A DNA stretch of 64,000 nucleotides from Octopus vulgaris (Eukaryota): positions 12,586,001 to 12,650,000 of the forward strand of contig OX597817.1 in the NCBI GenBank assembly GCA_951406725.2, written 5' to 3'. Made by a program: the position numbers and the translations under genes. How positions within the stretch are numbered: position 1 is the stretch's first letter; each line of letters opens with the position of its first letter. The notes beneath the pieces are model-generated. The model made no database searches. It saw only the letters and a list, made by a program, of their open reading frames with translations, and had not been told where the DNA came from. Shown piece by piece: positions 24,844 through 39,456 of the stretch.

Positions 24844-25050
24844 TCTCTACATATATAAACGGCAAAATGTCTGGGTATCTGTGTCTGTGTCTGTGTGTCC
24901 TTTATACAAATCTCCAGTTTTTCACGTAAAAGGCTTGCATTTCAAAACTGTCTGAGGGTGGTCGTGAAGATCTTTTCATTTCCCCAGTCACCCCAGAAAG
25001 CCATTAAAAAAATCGATAAACCGACCCCTTATACCCATAAGTTATGGGCA
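24844..25050 (+). mobile_element. Helitron-like 5' end
   Basis: A|TCTCTACATATATAAACGGCA resembles the 5' end of 15931-16316; 3' end not located. Confidence 0.5.
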
Positions 25051-25721
25051 CATCCATTCAATGAATTTATTTAGAAAGGGCTTTTATGCTTTCGGTTGAT
25101 TAAAATTTTCCCGCGAGAGCCCAGGATGTTTTATTCTAGTAGGTTTAAAAATGAAAAATGGGTAAGTTGACACCCCAAGGGATTTTCATAAAAAACGTTT
25201 ATTTGCTTGCATTCAGCCCAAGATCGAATCATTTGCTACCTACACAGCAGGGGCATAGGGTTACCAGTGTAATCCTTTTGGTGCAAGAAATCTTAATTTG
25301 ATTCGAGTTTACCAAAATTGCCAATCAATCAGTGGAAACTCAATAAAACTATTCCTTGCTAGTTTTCGCATTTAAAGTGACTGCAACCTTTTCTTTTAGC
25401 TCTAACATGAGGTACGAATGGCCTAACATACAAAAATGTTCTTAAGCGAAATTTTATGCTTTTGTGTATTGAGATACGAGTGAAAATTGAGATGCTAATA
25501 AATTTCCAGTCACATTTTTCCGCTCGCTAGGAAATTTGAAACTTTGTCAGCCCTGATTATTCATTTCATTTTGTTGGTGAAGGTTTGCTTTCATCGTGGT
25601 CTTTATCAACTTTCTAACATGCTCTCCCTTCATCTTCAGCAAAGCCGCCAAATTTGCGATGATTAATTACCCAGTGCAGCTGCACCTCTGGGTGGGCTCA
25701 GAATCTGCAGAGCCTCTATAT

Positions 25722-25764
25722 ATTGCTTATGGCTAAGATCAAGGTCTAATATCTACTCTTAACA
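25722..25764 (+). pseudogene. U2: U2 snRNA 5' fragment (decayed)
   Basis: CTTATGGCTAAGATCAAGGTCTAATATCTACTCTTAACA resembles invertebrate U2 CTTATGGCTAAGATCAAAGTGTAGTATCTGTTCTTATCA. Confidence 0.65.
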
Positions 25765-25769
25765 TTATG

Positions 25770-25839
<70 letters not shown>

Positions 25840-26315
25840 TTTAACATATGTCAGTGAATCGTTTATCTTTTATTTTTACTTGTTTTAGTCATTGGACTGC
25901 GGCCATACTGGGGCATCGCCATGAAAAGTTTTAATCGAAAGAATCGATCCCCAAACTATTTAAAGTCCTGTAACTTATTTTATCAGTCGCTTTTTTACTG
26001 AACCGCAAAGTTACGGGGATGTAATCAAATCAGCACTGGTTGTTAGGCTGCAGTGGGAAACAAGCTCAAACACACACACACAGCCATACATGTGTGTGCA
26101 TGTGTGTACAACGGGCTTCTTTCAGTTTCCCTTTACCAATCCATTTAAAAGGCTTTGGTTGATTTGGGGTATAGTAGAAGACGCTTGCGCCCAAGGCGCT
26201 GTGTAGAGAGGCTGAATTCGGGTTTACGTGGTTGAGAAGCAAATTTCTTACTACACAGCACGCGCCTATTTTCACTTTTATGTTACTTTCCAGGTAACAC
26301 TCTTTATGTGCTTGC

Positions 26316-26366
<51 letters not shown>

Positions 26367-26507
26367 CGTGCGTGTGCACGCGGGTGAGCGCGCGCGTATA
26401 TAAGCACACACACAATCTCACACTCATATACTCACATATGGATATTTATGGATAGAGGTAAGTTTGTGTATGCGATGGCGAGTGAGAATGTGCATACATG
26501 TGTAGAG

Positions 26508-26891
26508 TGGAGGCGCAATGGCCCAGTGGTTAGGGCAGCGGACTCGCGGTCGTAGGATCGCGGTTTCGATTCCCAGACCGGGCGTTGTGAGTGTTTATTG
26601 AGCAAAAACACCTAAAAGCTCCACGAGGCTCCGGCAGGGGATGGTGGTGATCCCTGCTGTACTCTTTCACCACAACTTTCTCTCACTCTTACTTCCTGTT
26701 TCTGTTGTACCTGTATTTCAAAGGGCCGGCCTTGTCACTCTCTGTGTCACGCTGAATATCCCCGAGAACTACTTTAAGGGTACACGTGTCTGTGGAGTGC
26801 TCAGCCACTTACACGTTAATTTCACGAGCAGGCTGTTCCGTTGATTCGGATCAACCGGAACCCTCGTCGTCGTAACCGACGGAGTGCTTCC
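26508..26891 (+). mobile_element. SINE family C (tail variant 2)
   Basis: Family match. Confidence 0.9.
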
Positions 26892-26918
26892 ATCACGTGT
26901 GTTGATGTGTGTGTGTAT

Positions 26919-26954
<36 letters not shown>

Positions 26955-27198
26955 GGGGGGAGTAAGTGAGTGAATGATTATCACCAAGTAAACTTAAAAC
27001 ACTTGGTAAATTTCCGTTCCGACAATTAGTGAATGGTCGTTTAATAGATTAGTCTAAAACAACCATTCACCGTCTCACTCCCATAGCTTCCGCCTTTCGT
27101 CTTACTTTTACTCATTACTGTTGCCATTCTTGAATCTACGACCACCACCACCACATCCTCCTGTCATTGTTAAATAAGTTTATTTATAGAAATGGACT

Positions 27199-27575
27199 GG
27201 AAGCACTCCGTCGGTTACGATGACGAGGGTTCCGGTTGATCCGATCAACGGAACAGCCTGCTCGTGAAATTAACGTGTAAGTGGCTGAGCACTCCACAGA
27301 CACGTGTACCCTTAACGTAGTTCTCGGGGATATTCAGCGTGACATAGAGAGTGACAAGGCCGGCCCTTTGAAATACAGGTACAACAGAAACAGGAAGTAA
27401 GAGAAAGTTGTGGTGAAAGAGTACAGCAGGGATCCCCACCATCCCCTGCCGGAGCCTCGTGTAGCTTTTAGGTGTTTTCACTCAATAAACACTCACAACG
27501 CCCGGTCTGGGAATCGAAACCGCGATCCTATGACCGCAAGTTCGCTGCCCTAACCACTGGGCCATTGCGCCTCCA
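27199..27575 (-). mobile_element. SINE family C flanked by ~160-bp direct repeats
   Basis: Repeats at 27034-27193 and 27577-27739. Confidence 0.9.
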
Positions 27576-28116
27576 CTGGTCGTTTAATAGAGTAGTCTAA
27601 AACAACCATTCACCGTCTCACTTCCATAACTTCCGCTTTTCGTCTTACTTTTACTCATTACTACTGCCATTCTTGAATCTACGACCACCACCGCCACCAC
27701 ATCCCCTTGTCATTGTTAAATAAGTTTATTTATAGAAATACAAAACAAAGAAAACATTGATTGCGAATTATACGAGTAGATTTGTTCCTTTTTTCTGTAG
27801 TCGCTAAGTTCCAGATCATCCTTGATAGAGCAGAGAGACTCCATGATCAAATGCATTCCAGCGTTGATTATTTCGTCTGTTTTCTAGTCTCCAGCACGAC
27901 ATTACGTCTCCTGGCAATCCTTCGATATTGGTACTCGACGTCATGGCCCACACAACCTTCACTCATGACACAGACGAAGAACCTAGGCCAAAAACGAGGA
28001 CGAATAAAGTTGTCTCCTCTCACCCACACGTTCGAGTCCAAGGGTTCTAAATCCCTTTTTTTTTATCTATGAATCTCTCTGATTACTATTCTACTCTGGT
28101 GGATCCCCATAGCCAT

Positions 28117-28355
28117 TCTCTTTACTCTTTTACTTTTTTACTTGTTTCAGTCATTTGACTGCGGCCACGCTGGAGCACCGCCTTTAATCGAGCAACTCGA
28201 CCCCGGGACTTCTTCTTTTGTAAGCCCAGTACTTATTCTATCGTTCTCTTTTGCCGAACCGCTAAGTAACGGGGACATAAACACACCAGCATCGGTTGTC
28301 AAGCAATGCTAGGAGGACAAACACAGACACACAAACACACACACACACGCATATA

Positions 28356-28398
<43 letters not shown>

Positions 28399-28569
28399 AT
28401 ATATACGACGGGCTTCTTTCAGTTTCCGTCTACCAAATCCACTCACACGGCATTGGTCGGCCCGAGGCTATAGTAGAAGACACTTTGCCCAAGGTGCCAC
28501 GCAGTGGGACTGAACCCGGAACCATGTGGTTCGTTAGCAAGCTACTTACCACAGAGCCACTCCTACGCC
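28117..28569 (-). mobile_element. SINE family A
   Basis: Family match. Confidence 0.9.
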
Positions 28570-28857
28570 TGTACGGTGTTCAAAAATTTGTTTTATTGAT
28601 ACTTCTTTCACAATCCCGATTTTGTTTTTTCACACATCAACTTGTGTCGGTTGAACTATGGTGAAAACATTTGAGTAAAGAAATTAAGCCGTTTCTTGCA
28701 ATAAATACATCTAGGCCAAAGCTTTTTCATGGGCCTTTAATATGCTACTGTGGATCCTCAATTTACTATTTTGTTAGCGTGGAGCCTGCAAAATTATATA
28801 TTGACCTTCTGGGGTCATATGAATCACCACTGAGAACCACTGCTCTAGACCAATACC

Positions 28858-29084
28858 TATTTCTTTATTACCCAAAGGGGTTAAACACAGAGGGGACAAA
28901 CAAGGACAGACATAGATATTAAGTCGATTACATCGACCCCAGTGCGTAACTGGTACTTAATTTATCGACCCCGAAAGGATGAAAGGCAAAGTCGACCTCG
29001 GCGGAATTTGAACTCACAACGTAACGCAGACGAAATACCGCTAAGCATTTCGCCCGGCGTGCTAACGTTTCTGCCAGCTCGCCA
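28858..29084 (-). mobile_element. SINE family B
   Basis: Family match. Confidence 0.9.
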
Positions 29085-29928
29085 GATTGTCATATCTCTG
29101 ACTTCTTTTAAAGACATGTGAGGGTGTGCTTTAAGGGCGAGTTGACTGCTGTTCGTAGCAGATCGAGGAACAAATTTGGCTTATTTTGTTTTTGCATTCC
29201 TTAAATGTCAAACGTTTTACTCTTTCTCCAAAGATTGTTTTTAATGTTAATGTCAGAGTTTTCTATTTTCATTTATTTATATATTTATCCAAATCACATT
29301 TTATTTTTTTTAATTTTTATTTTATTTATATAACTTTTATCGTGTGTTCCCAGCATAACTACCGACTCCCATTAACAAGGAAAGACCATAACTTTTCAGA
29401 CTGACAGGAGAAGAGACGAATAACCGAGAAACAGTGCAAGTATAATTGACCTACCTACCTACCATGCTGCCGACCACCTCGTAATGAGATAAGAAAATGT
29501 ATGGAAAAAGAAAAATAGGGACTATCTAAAAGTGTCTCTCATTCCATCAGTTCAGTTTTCCATGTATGTCCGATATATGTCAGGCGCATACTCGTCAGCA
29601 TATAAATATTGTGTTTAAATGTCGAATAGCTGGTGGAACGTATTTGTTTAACATTACATTAGAAAACGAATTTTCTAATAGAGGAAACAAATGACTGTGT
29701 GCTTAAGAAGTTCACCTTGCAGCCACACTTTTTCGGGTTCAGTCCCACGGCGCGACACCTTGGGCATGTAAAAGATAAAAAGCAAGTGAAAGATAAAAGG
29801 CTCCGGATAGACCAATACCCTGTGAGTAAATTTGGTTGACAGAATCTGAGTGGAAGTTCGTTGAATACAAACATACATAAATATATTATCGACCGCACAT
29901 ATTCAATACATGTGTTTTGCTTGTTCCG

Positions 29929-30312
29929 TGGAGGCGCAATGGCCCAGTGGTTAGGGCAGCGGACTCGCGGTTGTAGGATCGCGGTTTCGATTCCCAGACC
30001 GGGCGTTGTGAGTGTTTATTGAGCGAAAACACCTAAAAGCTCCACGAGGCTCCGGCACGGGATGGTGGTGATCCCTGCTGTACTCTTTCACCACAACTTT
30101 CTCTCACTCTTTCTTCCTGTTTCTGTTGTACCTGTATTTCAAGGGGCCGGCCTTGTCACTCTCTGTGTCACGCTGAATATCCCCGAGAACTACGTTAAGG
30201 GTACACGTGTCTGTGGAGTGCTCAGCCACTTACACGTTAATTTCACGGGCAGGCTGTTCCGTTGATTCGGATCAACCGGAACCCTCATCGTCGTTACCGA
30301 CGGAGTGCTTCC
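29929..30312 (+). mobile_element. SINE family C (tail variant 2)
   Basis: Family match. Confidence 0.9.
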
Positions 30313-30534
30313 CATACAGTTGAATAAAACGCTAACTAATCTTTTCTGATATACAAATAATCTACATGGCGTGATGCTTATGCCTAGTTTTCGGAGCTAT
30401 ACATGAATATAACTGTTTACCATTTTAAAGCTACATGCTTAGAAAGCTAGTTTACTGTAGGTAACTCTTCCTACAGTAGGAATTACTATTGCAATATTTA
30501 AAAGCTTACGATGTCAAAGCAAAAGTGTTATTGC

Positions 30535-30964
30535 GGATCTTTTCGGTTTGAACGGCAGTTTTTTTTTTTTATAATTTCCACGTAACAAAACACTTTTAAA
30601 CTTCGTATACTGGTAGAATGTGTTTATAAAACATCTTTTTCTTTTGGCTTTATTGAGAAAATTCTATAGTTTGTAAGATATTTGTTGTTGTTTTTTTTCT
30701 TCAATTTCTGCAATTTCAGCCAATCAATGACGTCTATTGAGGTGAAAACATTCTGTGCCGTATGAATATGTCCCACGTTTCAGAAACAGATTGGGTTTAT
30801 TTACATTTGTGAAGAAAAAAAGATGCCCTTCCCCCCCACTCCTAACCCCACCCCTAACCCTAAAACAGATTGAAATGCAATAGATCGATACTAGGGCCAT
30901 AATTATGGGTGACAATTTCATATGACACCGCTAGAAAAAACTGCCGTTCAAACCGAAAAGATCC
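30535..30964. mobile_element. GGATC MITE (opposite orientation to 16734) with 8-bp TSD GTTATTGC
   Basis: Perfect TIR GGATCTTTTCGGTTTGAACGGCAGTTTTTT; TSD at 30527-30534 and 30965-30972. Confidence 0.9.
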
Positions 30965-31597
30965 GTTATTGCTACTTTAAATGGCAAGTCGCTTCTTGTC
31001 TACGTACCTATATATACAGTTAGGTAATTTGTACTGAGGACAGGCTATCCAAACTCACGGTTACATACATGCGACGAAACTTTTTTTTTTTCTGTACAGC
31101 AATCTGCATTACTGACTCAACTCGCTGTAAACTTATCTCTTTTTATTTCAGTACCAATAGCAATAGCGATGACGTCAGATAGGACATCCAATGATGTTAG
31201 TAGTGACGATCGGGTTAGTGACACCCATACTTAAAATTCCTCAGCAACCACTTATAGACAATTATTCACGTATTGTCAATCGCTCTTTTATTTCCTATTT
31301 CCTCTCTTTACTCGGATCTTCGATCCTATAATTTAGCAAAAATGTCTCCGATGACAAATCGGACGAATCTCTCTATACATTTTCTTAAAATCCACTCCTG
31401 AAATCGACACATTTTCTGCCCTCGATTTTAATCAACTAATGTCTCTTGTGTCTAAAAAATTAAGAACAAAATAAGTATCTTTGAATATATCCCTTCGTCT
31501 GGAACCAAAAGTGACTTCCATTCCTTCGGTATGAGACTCAAATTTCGGATCCTAGTTTAAACTCTGAAGCTCTCTAAGAAATTAATATCACTTGCCG

Positions 31598-32705
31598 CTG
31601 GCAGAATCGTTAGCATGTCACGCAAAATGCTTGGCAGCATTTCTTCTGGCTGATTACGTTCTGAGTTCAAACTGGACCGAGGTCAACTTTCACTTTCATT
31701 CTTTCTGGGGCGATAAAATAAGTGCCAGTCAAACACTAAGGTTGATGTAATTGACTTCCCTTTCTTCTAAGAATTGCTGGCCTCATACCAAAATCAAAAG
31801 GAATATTTCTAATATTTCCTGTTCTTAAGGCGGCGAGCTGGCAGAATCGTTAACACGCCGGGTAAAATGCTTAGTTGTATTTCGTCTGCCGCTACGTTCT
31901 GAGTTCAAATTCCGCCGAGGTGGACTTTGCCTTTCATCTTTTCGGGGTCGATTAAATAAGTACCAGCTACGCACTGGGGTCGATGTAATCGACTTAATTC
32001 GTTTGTCTGTCCTTGTTTGTCCCCTCTATGTTTAGCCCCTTGTGGACAATAAAGAAATAAGGATCATTAGCACGCCGGACAAAACGCTTAGCGGCATTTC
32101 GTCCGTCTTTACGTTCTGATTTCAAATTCTGCCGAGATCGACTTTACCTTTCATCCTTTCGGAGTCGATAAAATAAGTACCAGTTACGCACTGGGGTCGA
32201 TATAATCGACTTAATCCGTGTGTCTGTCCTTGTTTGTCCCCTCTATGTTTAGCCCCTTGTGGGCAATAAAGAAATAAGAATCATTAGCACGCCGGACAAA
32301 ACGCTTAGCGGCATTTCGTCCGTCTTTACGTTCTGATTTCAAATTCTGCCGAGATCGACTTTACCTTTCATCCTTTCGGAGTCGATAAAATAAGTACCTG
32401 TAAATCACTGGGGTTGATGTAATCGACTACCCTCACCTCCTGAAATTGCTGGGCTTGTGTCAAAATTTGAAATCAGTACTTGTAGTCTTTCCAGTCAGTG
32501 AGCTGGAATCGGTAACATTTCACACAAAATTCTTAGCAGCATTTCTTCCGACTTGTAAAGTAATGAGTTCAAATTCCCGCCGTGTTCAACTTTGCCTTTC
32601 ATCCTTTCTGGGTCGATAAAATAAGTAGCAGTTGAACACGGAGGTCGAGGTAAGCGACTTATCCCCTCTCTCAAACTTACTGGCCTTGTGCTAAAATTTG
32701 AAATC
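31598..32705 (+). mobile_element. Cluster of ~5 same-orientation SINE-B units of mixed age, including a recent ~220-bp tandem duplication
   Basis: Repeated SINE-B bodies; 32063-32175 is essentially identical to 32280-32395. Confidence 0.85.
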
Positions 32706-32787
32706 AGTAGTTCCTTTCCTTTCTTCTCTTCCCTTGTGTTTACCCAAATAGGAATTTATTAAACAGGTTATGTATCCCCAATAAAAA

Positions 32788-33017
32788 GGCGGCGAGCTGG
32801 CAGAAACGTTAGCACGCCAGGCGAAATGCTTAGAGGTATTTCGTCTGCGTTACGTTGTGAGTTCAAATTCCGCCGAGGTCAACTTTGCCTCTCATCCTTT
32901 CGGGGTCGATAAATTAAGTACCAGTTACGCACTGGGGTCGATGTAATCGACTTAATACCTATGCCTGTCCTTGTTTGTCCCCTCTGTGTTTAGCCCCTTG
33001 TGGGTAATAAAGAAATA
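32788..33017 (+). mobile_element. SINE-B with 18-bp TSD AGGTTATGTATCCCCAAT
   Basis: TSD at 32765-32782 and 33017-33034. Confidence 0.92.
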
Positions 33018-33470
33018 GGTTATGTATCCCCAATTTCTCAAGCATGAAGCTGTTATTAAATAAACCATCATTGGCTAAATCACTACCTCTATGAATAAAG
33101 CTCTCTGAACTAAAAACCATTACGTAATGACACTCTTGTCATTTATACTATGTATCTACCACCTACGACTATGAACTATACTACTTAGTTATAGCTAGCT
33201 AACTAAAACAAGCATTTTGGCTGCAGTCACATTAAAATGAATCATCTACTCTCATCTCAAACGATAGCACATTTTTAACACAACAACATCTGCCTGTAAA
33301 GCGCTATGAGTGGATATATTTAATTTGATACTGACTTCAATGGAATTCACTCAGCTGCCAGCATTCAGGCCAGTTTTCAAATAATTTTTCTCTCGTCCTT
33401 GTTTCCTTACGGAGTCGTTTAACAACAAAGTCATTAAAAAGAAAAAAACAAGGTAAGAATTTTGTTAAAT

Positions 33471-33878
33471 CTTTTACTCTCTTTACTCTTTTACTTGTTT
33501 CAGTCATTTGACTGCGGCCATGCTGGAGCACCGCCTTTAATAGACCAACTCGACCCCGGGACTTATTCTTTGTAAGCCCAGTACTTATTCTATTGGTCTT
33601 TTTTGCCGAACCGCTAAGTTACGGGGACGTAAACACATCAGCATCGGTTGTCAAGCAATGCTAGGGGGACAAACACAGACACACAAACACACACACACAT
33701 ACATATATATATACATATATACGACGAGCTTCTTTCAGTTTCCGTCTACCAAATCCACTCACAAGGCTTTGGTCGGCCCGAGGCTATAGTAGAAAACACT
33801 TGCCCAAGGTGCCACGCAGTGGGACTGAACCCGGAACCATGTGGTTGGTAAGCAAGCTACTTACCACACAGCCACTCC
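33471..33878 (-). mobile_element. SINE family A
   Basis: Family match. Confidence 0.9.
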
Positions 33879-35155
33879 TCTGAACACTTTTCAAATTTTC
33901 GCCAGAATATTTTCAAAAAATCTAGTTCAGATGTAGTTTTTGCTTACTGGGGAGTTAACTTAACCGAGTAACTAAATAAACATCATCCTCTGACCGAGGA
34001 TCGAACATTTTTATTGAACTTCATTAGAGAGGCGCATGCATAGTTCTATGGTTAAGAAGATTGCTTTGGACTCATGTGGGTTTCGAATTCAGTCCCACTG
34101 TGTGGCACCATGGACAACTGTCTTCTACTATAATCTAGAGTCGACCAATGCTTTGTGGGTGAATTTGGTAGACGGAGACTGTGTGGGAATTTGTCGTATG
34201 CATATACGTATATGTGTGTATGTTCCCCTCCAGCAACCACTTAACCTATGTTGGTTAGTTTACGTCCCTCCGACCTAACGGCTTAGCAACAAAAAAAAAA
34301 AAAAGACCGATAGAATAAGATAAGTACCAAACTTTAAAATAAAATACTTGAGTTGATTTGTTCGACTAAAACCCTTCACCTGAAACCCACTTGCGTCATT
34401 GCTACAACAGTTTTAAAAACGTTTTTCTGCTCCTTTATTTTTCCTACACAACATCTGGGTTTTTTCTCCTGTTTATTTATTTTTGCTGGGTTTCCTAGAT
34501 TGGTGGAAGGGCGGAAGGTATCCTCAAAACCAGGAACCTAAGGCAAATGCTTTCAAAGGAATGAATGAACTCCAATAAAGACACCCAAAGAACATCTGAT
34601 TTAGGACTGAGTAATTAAGATTACTGTCAAGAAAAAAAAATCGATCGAAGGCCACCGATCAGGTTCACATTGTCCAATGTGTTCTTCCTTTTTATAAGAT
34701 CGTAGAGAATGATTTAAATGAGATTTGGTTGCTATTTCTAACAAGTCGAATTGATTGCTATTTCTAGTGACCCACCAGATAATGAGTCACGTCTCATGCG
34801 GCCCACTTCTCGAAAGAGTTGCTCAGGCCTGAAAGACTATCTTGGCTCGAGTGATATTTATCTCTTTACACTATGTACATTAGAAATTAAATCAGATCTC
34901 ACGGTATCTGAAGTGATCTTATCAGTGATTAATATTTGCTAAAACCTGATTTTTTAATAAAGGCAGAAAAATAAATATCCATTGGACCAAGACAACTAGA
35001 TTTTATTACTAGTTTTTTTCTAATTGATAGATGAACGAGTGTGTGCGAGTGTGTGCAGTTCCTAGAAGAGAGTAATGGGACTCAGCACATTATTCCGGGG
35101 CTCGGATAGCCAATAAGGTGCGGAAGGGAAGGGGCTCTAATTAGTTGTTGGTTTC

Positions 35156-35568
35156 CTTTACTCTTTACTCTTTTACTTGTTTCAGTCATTTGACTGCGGC
35201 CATGCTGAAGCACCGCCTTTAATCGAGCAACTCGACCACGGGACTTATTCTTTTGTAAGCACAGTACTTATTCTATCGGTCTCTTTTTGCCGAACCGCTA
35301 AGTAACGGGGACATAAACACACCAGCATCGGTTGTCAAGCAATGCTAGGGGGACAAACACATACACACAAACACACACACACACACATATATATATACAT
35401 ATATACGACAGGCTTCTTTCAGTTTCCGTCTACCAAATCCATTCACAAGGCTTTGGTCGGCCCGAGGCTATAGTAGAAGACACTTGCCCAAGGTGCCACG
35501 CAGTGGGACTGAACCCAGAACCATGTGGTTAGTAAACAAGCTACTTACAACACAGCTACTCCTGCGCC
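35156..35568 (-). mobile_element. SINE family A
   Basis: Family match. Confidence 0.9.
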
Positions 35569-36142
35569 TTTCTTTAAAAATAAAAATAAAAATAAAATAA
35601 AATGTCCAAGATCCCTGCATTTTAAGGGCTCAGCCAACATCCGGAGCTTAATAATAGTCTTACTCCGCTTTAGTAAATTTCCCTTATAGGCCCAGGGTGA
35701 GGGGTGGAGATAATATGCATCAACAAATACGGTGGGAACTAATCAATGAGGGTGCGTCCACAGCGTAACAGTTCTCATTACAAATAGAGCAATTACGTAG
35801 ATTCTACGTGATTGCTCTATCTGCTAGAAATAGCAGCCAAATTTCTCTCAAATCACACACATTAGCGTCCAAAAAAGAGAATGGGTCATCTTGGACAATC
35901 CGGTTCCAGATACATAAAAAAGAGACGGGTGCTTCTTCGCAGTGCTCCCTTTAGGCATGGGCACATTGGGCAGTCAAAGGGGCCCAGTTCTAATTTATGT
36001 ATGCTTTGGCTTTCTGTCAATAAATAAATAAGAAAGGGTCCAGGGCACTGATTTGCCCGGGGGCTTATAATGCTGCTAAGACGACCTTGCTTCTTCGTTT
36101 GCAGGGCCCATAAAAGGCTTATATGTAAGTATATACGTGTAA

Positions 36143-36560
36143 GGCGGCGAGCTGGCAGAGACGTTAGCACGCCGGGCGAAATGCGTAGCAGTATTTCATC
36201 TGTCGTTACGTTCTGAGTTCAAATTCCGCCGCGGTCGACTTTGCCTTTCATCCTTTCGGGGTCGATAAATTAAGTACCAGTTACGCACTGGGATCGATGT
36301 AATCGACTTAATCCGTTTGTTTGTCCTTGTTTGTCCCCTCTTATGTTTAGCCCATTGTGGGCAGTAAAGAAATAGGTATTTCACCCGTCGCTACGTTCTG
36401 AGTTCAAATTCCGCCGAGGAGTCGACTTTGCCTTTCATCCTTTCGGGGTCGATAAATTAAGTACCTGTTACGCACTGGGATCGATGTAATCGACTTAATA
36501 CTTATGTCTGTCCTTGTTTGTCCCCTCTGTGTTTAGCCCCTTGTGGGCAGTAAAGAAATA
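36143..36560 (+). mobile_element. SINE-B dimer with TSD TATATGTAAGTATA
   Basis: Second unit restarts at GGTATTTC (~36376). Confidence 0.88.
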
Positions 36561-37967
36561 TATATGTAAGTATATGTGTGTGTGTATGAACGTAGACATT
36601 TGCTTATTTTCTCTTTACTCTGCTAATATTTGCATTGTTCTTCATTTTCTTTCGAGCTTTGTACTTTGCCTCTCGGTCGTTATATTCTTCAGGCTGTTCC
36701 CCCCTCCTCTTTTTCCTACTAACCTACTTTTTGTTTTTTCATCTTTTTTTTCTTTCTCGCCGTTAGTTGTTGTTTTTTTCTGTTTATTTACATGTTCTTC
36801 CTTTCTTTCTCTATTCCTTTGCCAATCAAATCAGCAGCAGTAGCGCACTTGATTCTCGTCAGTTTCAAAGAAGTGGGAGAGAGAGTAAAACGCGAGGAAA
36901 GAAGCGCTTATCTTCAAGATTTCATTTACATATTTCACTTCGCTCTTTAAACAAAGGTGAGTGTAAAATTAACCTTGACATAAAGTTTTACCCGTGTCAG
37001 ACTAAATATATATATATATAGTAACTTTTTATTAAAATATTTTCCGTTATTTGTACTTGTCTAATTCACAACATTGTTTATTATATATGAACACATCAAC
37101 GTATACATAATCGCACTTACAAGCACATGGTTATATGTACTTCGGCCTATATTTCATCTTTAAACAACATACAAAGTTACCCTGTTAGGCTTTTACACTT
37201 AAATGCCTAAACCTAATGCCAGCTAAGATCGTATTCTCCACTTTCTTTTCTTTCTCTCCACCCCACCCCGCTTTTATTTTATTTATTTATTTATGTATTT
37301 TGGTTGGGGCGGGACGAGTTCACTCTCTCACGATAGTCACTTTTGTTGTTATTGTTGAATTTGTCGGTGAAGAAATATATTTGTAAGAAAACAACGAAGC
37401 CCTCGATAGATTGCTTAACCATAATCGTACTCTCAAAAAAATTTAATCCTTTTCTAATTTTGGCACAAGGCCAGCAATTTCGGGCGAAGAGTTTAATCGA
37501 TTATATCGACCCCGGTACTCGATCGATATTTATTTTATCGACCCCGGAGGGATGAAAGACAAAGTTGACCACGGTAGGATTTGAACTCAGAACATAAAGC
37601 CGGATAAAATGCTGCTAAACATTTTGTCCGAGACGTTATTTATTATCCTTTCGCTTTCTGGTATTTTATGTACTTGATTTTATGTTGTCACTACACCCTC
37701 AGTATGGTGTTTTAGGAAATGGGTGGAAAGAAGGGAAAGAAGCTGCCAAAACAGTGTGACTCCTACATTATGGGGCCCAGTTACCCTTTGTTTTCAGAAT
37801 CGGATCCTGTAGGAGTGGCTGTGTGGTAAGTAGCTTGCTTACCAACCACATAGCTCCGGGTTCAGTCCCACTGCGTGGCATCTTGGGCAAGTGTCTTCTG
37901 CTATAGCCTCGGGCCGACCAAAGCCTTGTGAGTGGATTTGGTAGACGGAAACTGAAAGAAGCCTGTC

Positions 37968-38036
<69 letters not shown>

Positions 38037-38259
38037 CCCTTTTACTTGTTTCAGTCATATGATTGTGGCCATACTGGAGCACCGCCTTTTGTCGAGCAAA
38101 TCGACCCCAGGACTTATTCTTTGTAAGCCTAGTACTTATTCTATCAGTCTCTTTTGCCGAACCGCTAAGTTACGTGGACGTAAACACACCAGCATCGGTT
38201 GTCAAGCGATGTTGGGAGGACAAATACAGACACAAACATATACACACACATACATATAT

Positions 38260-39456
<1,197 letters not shown>

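Noticed and set aside
35940-36090. Possible hAT-type MITE with GGGCCC subterminal motifs (similar at 56215-56315, 28710-28850)
   Set aside because: TIRs and TSDs too decayed to define
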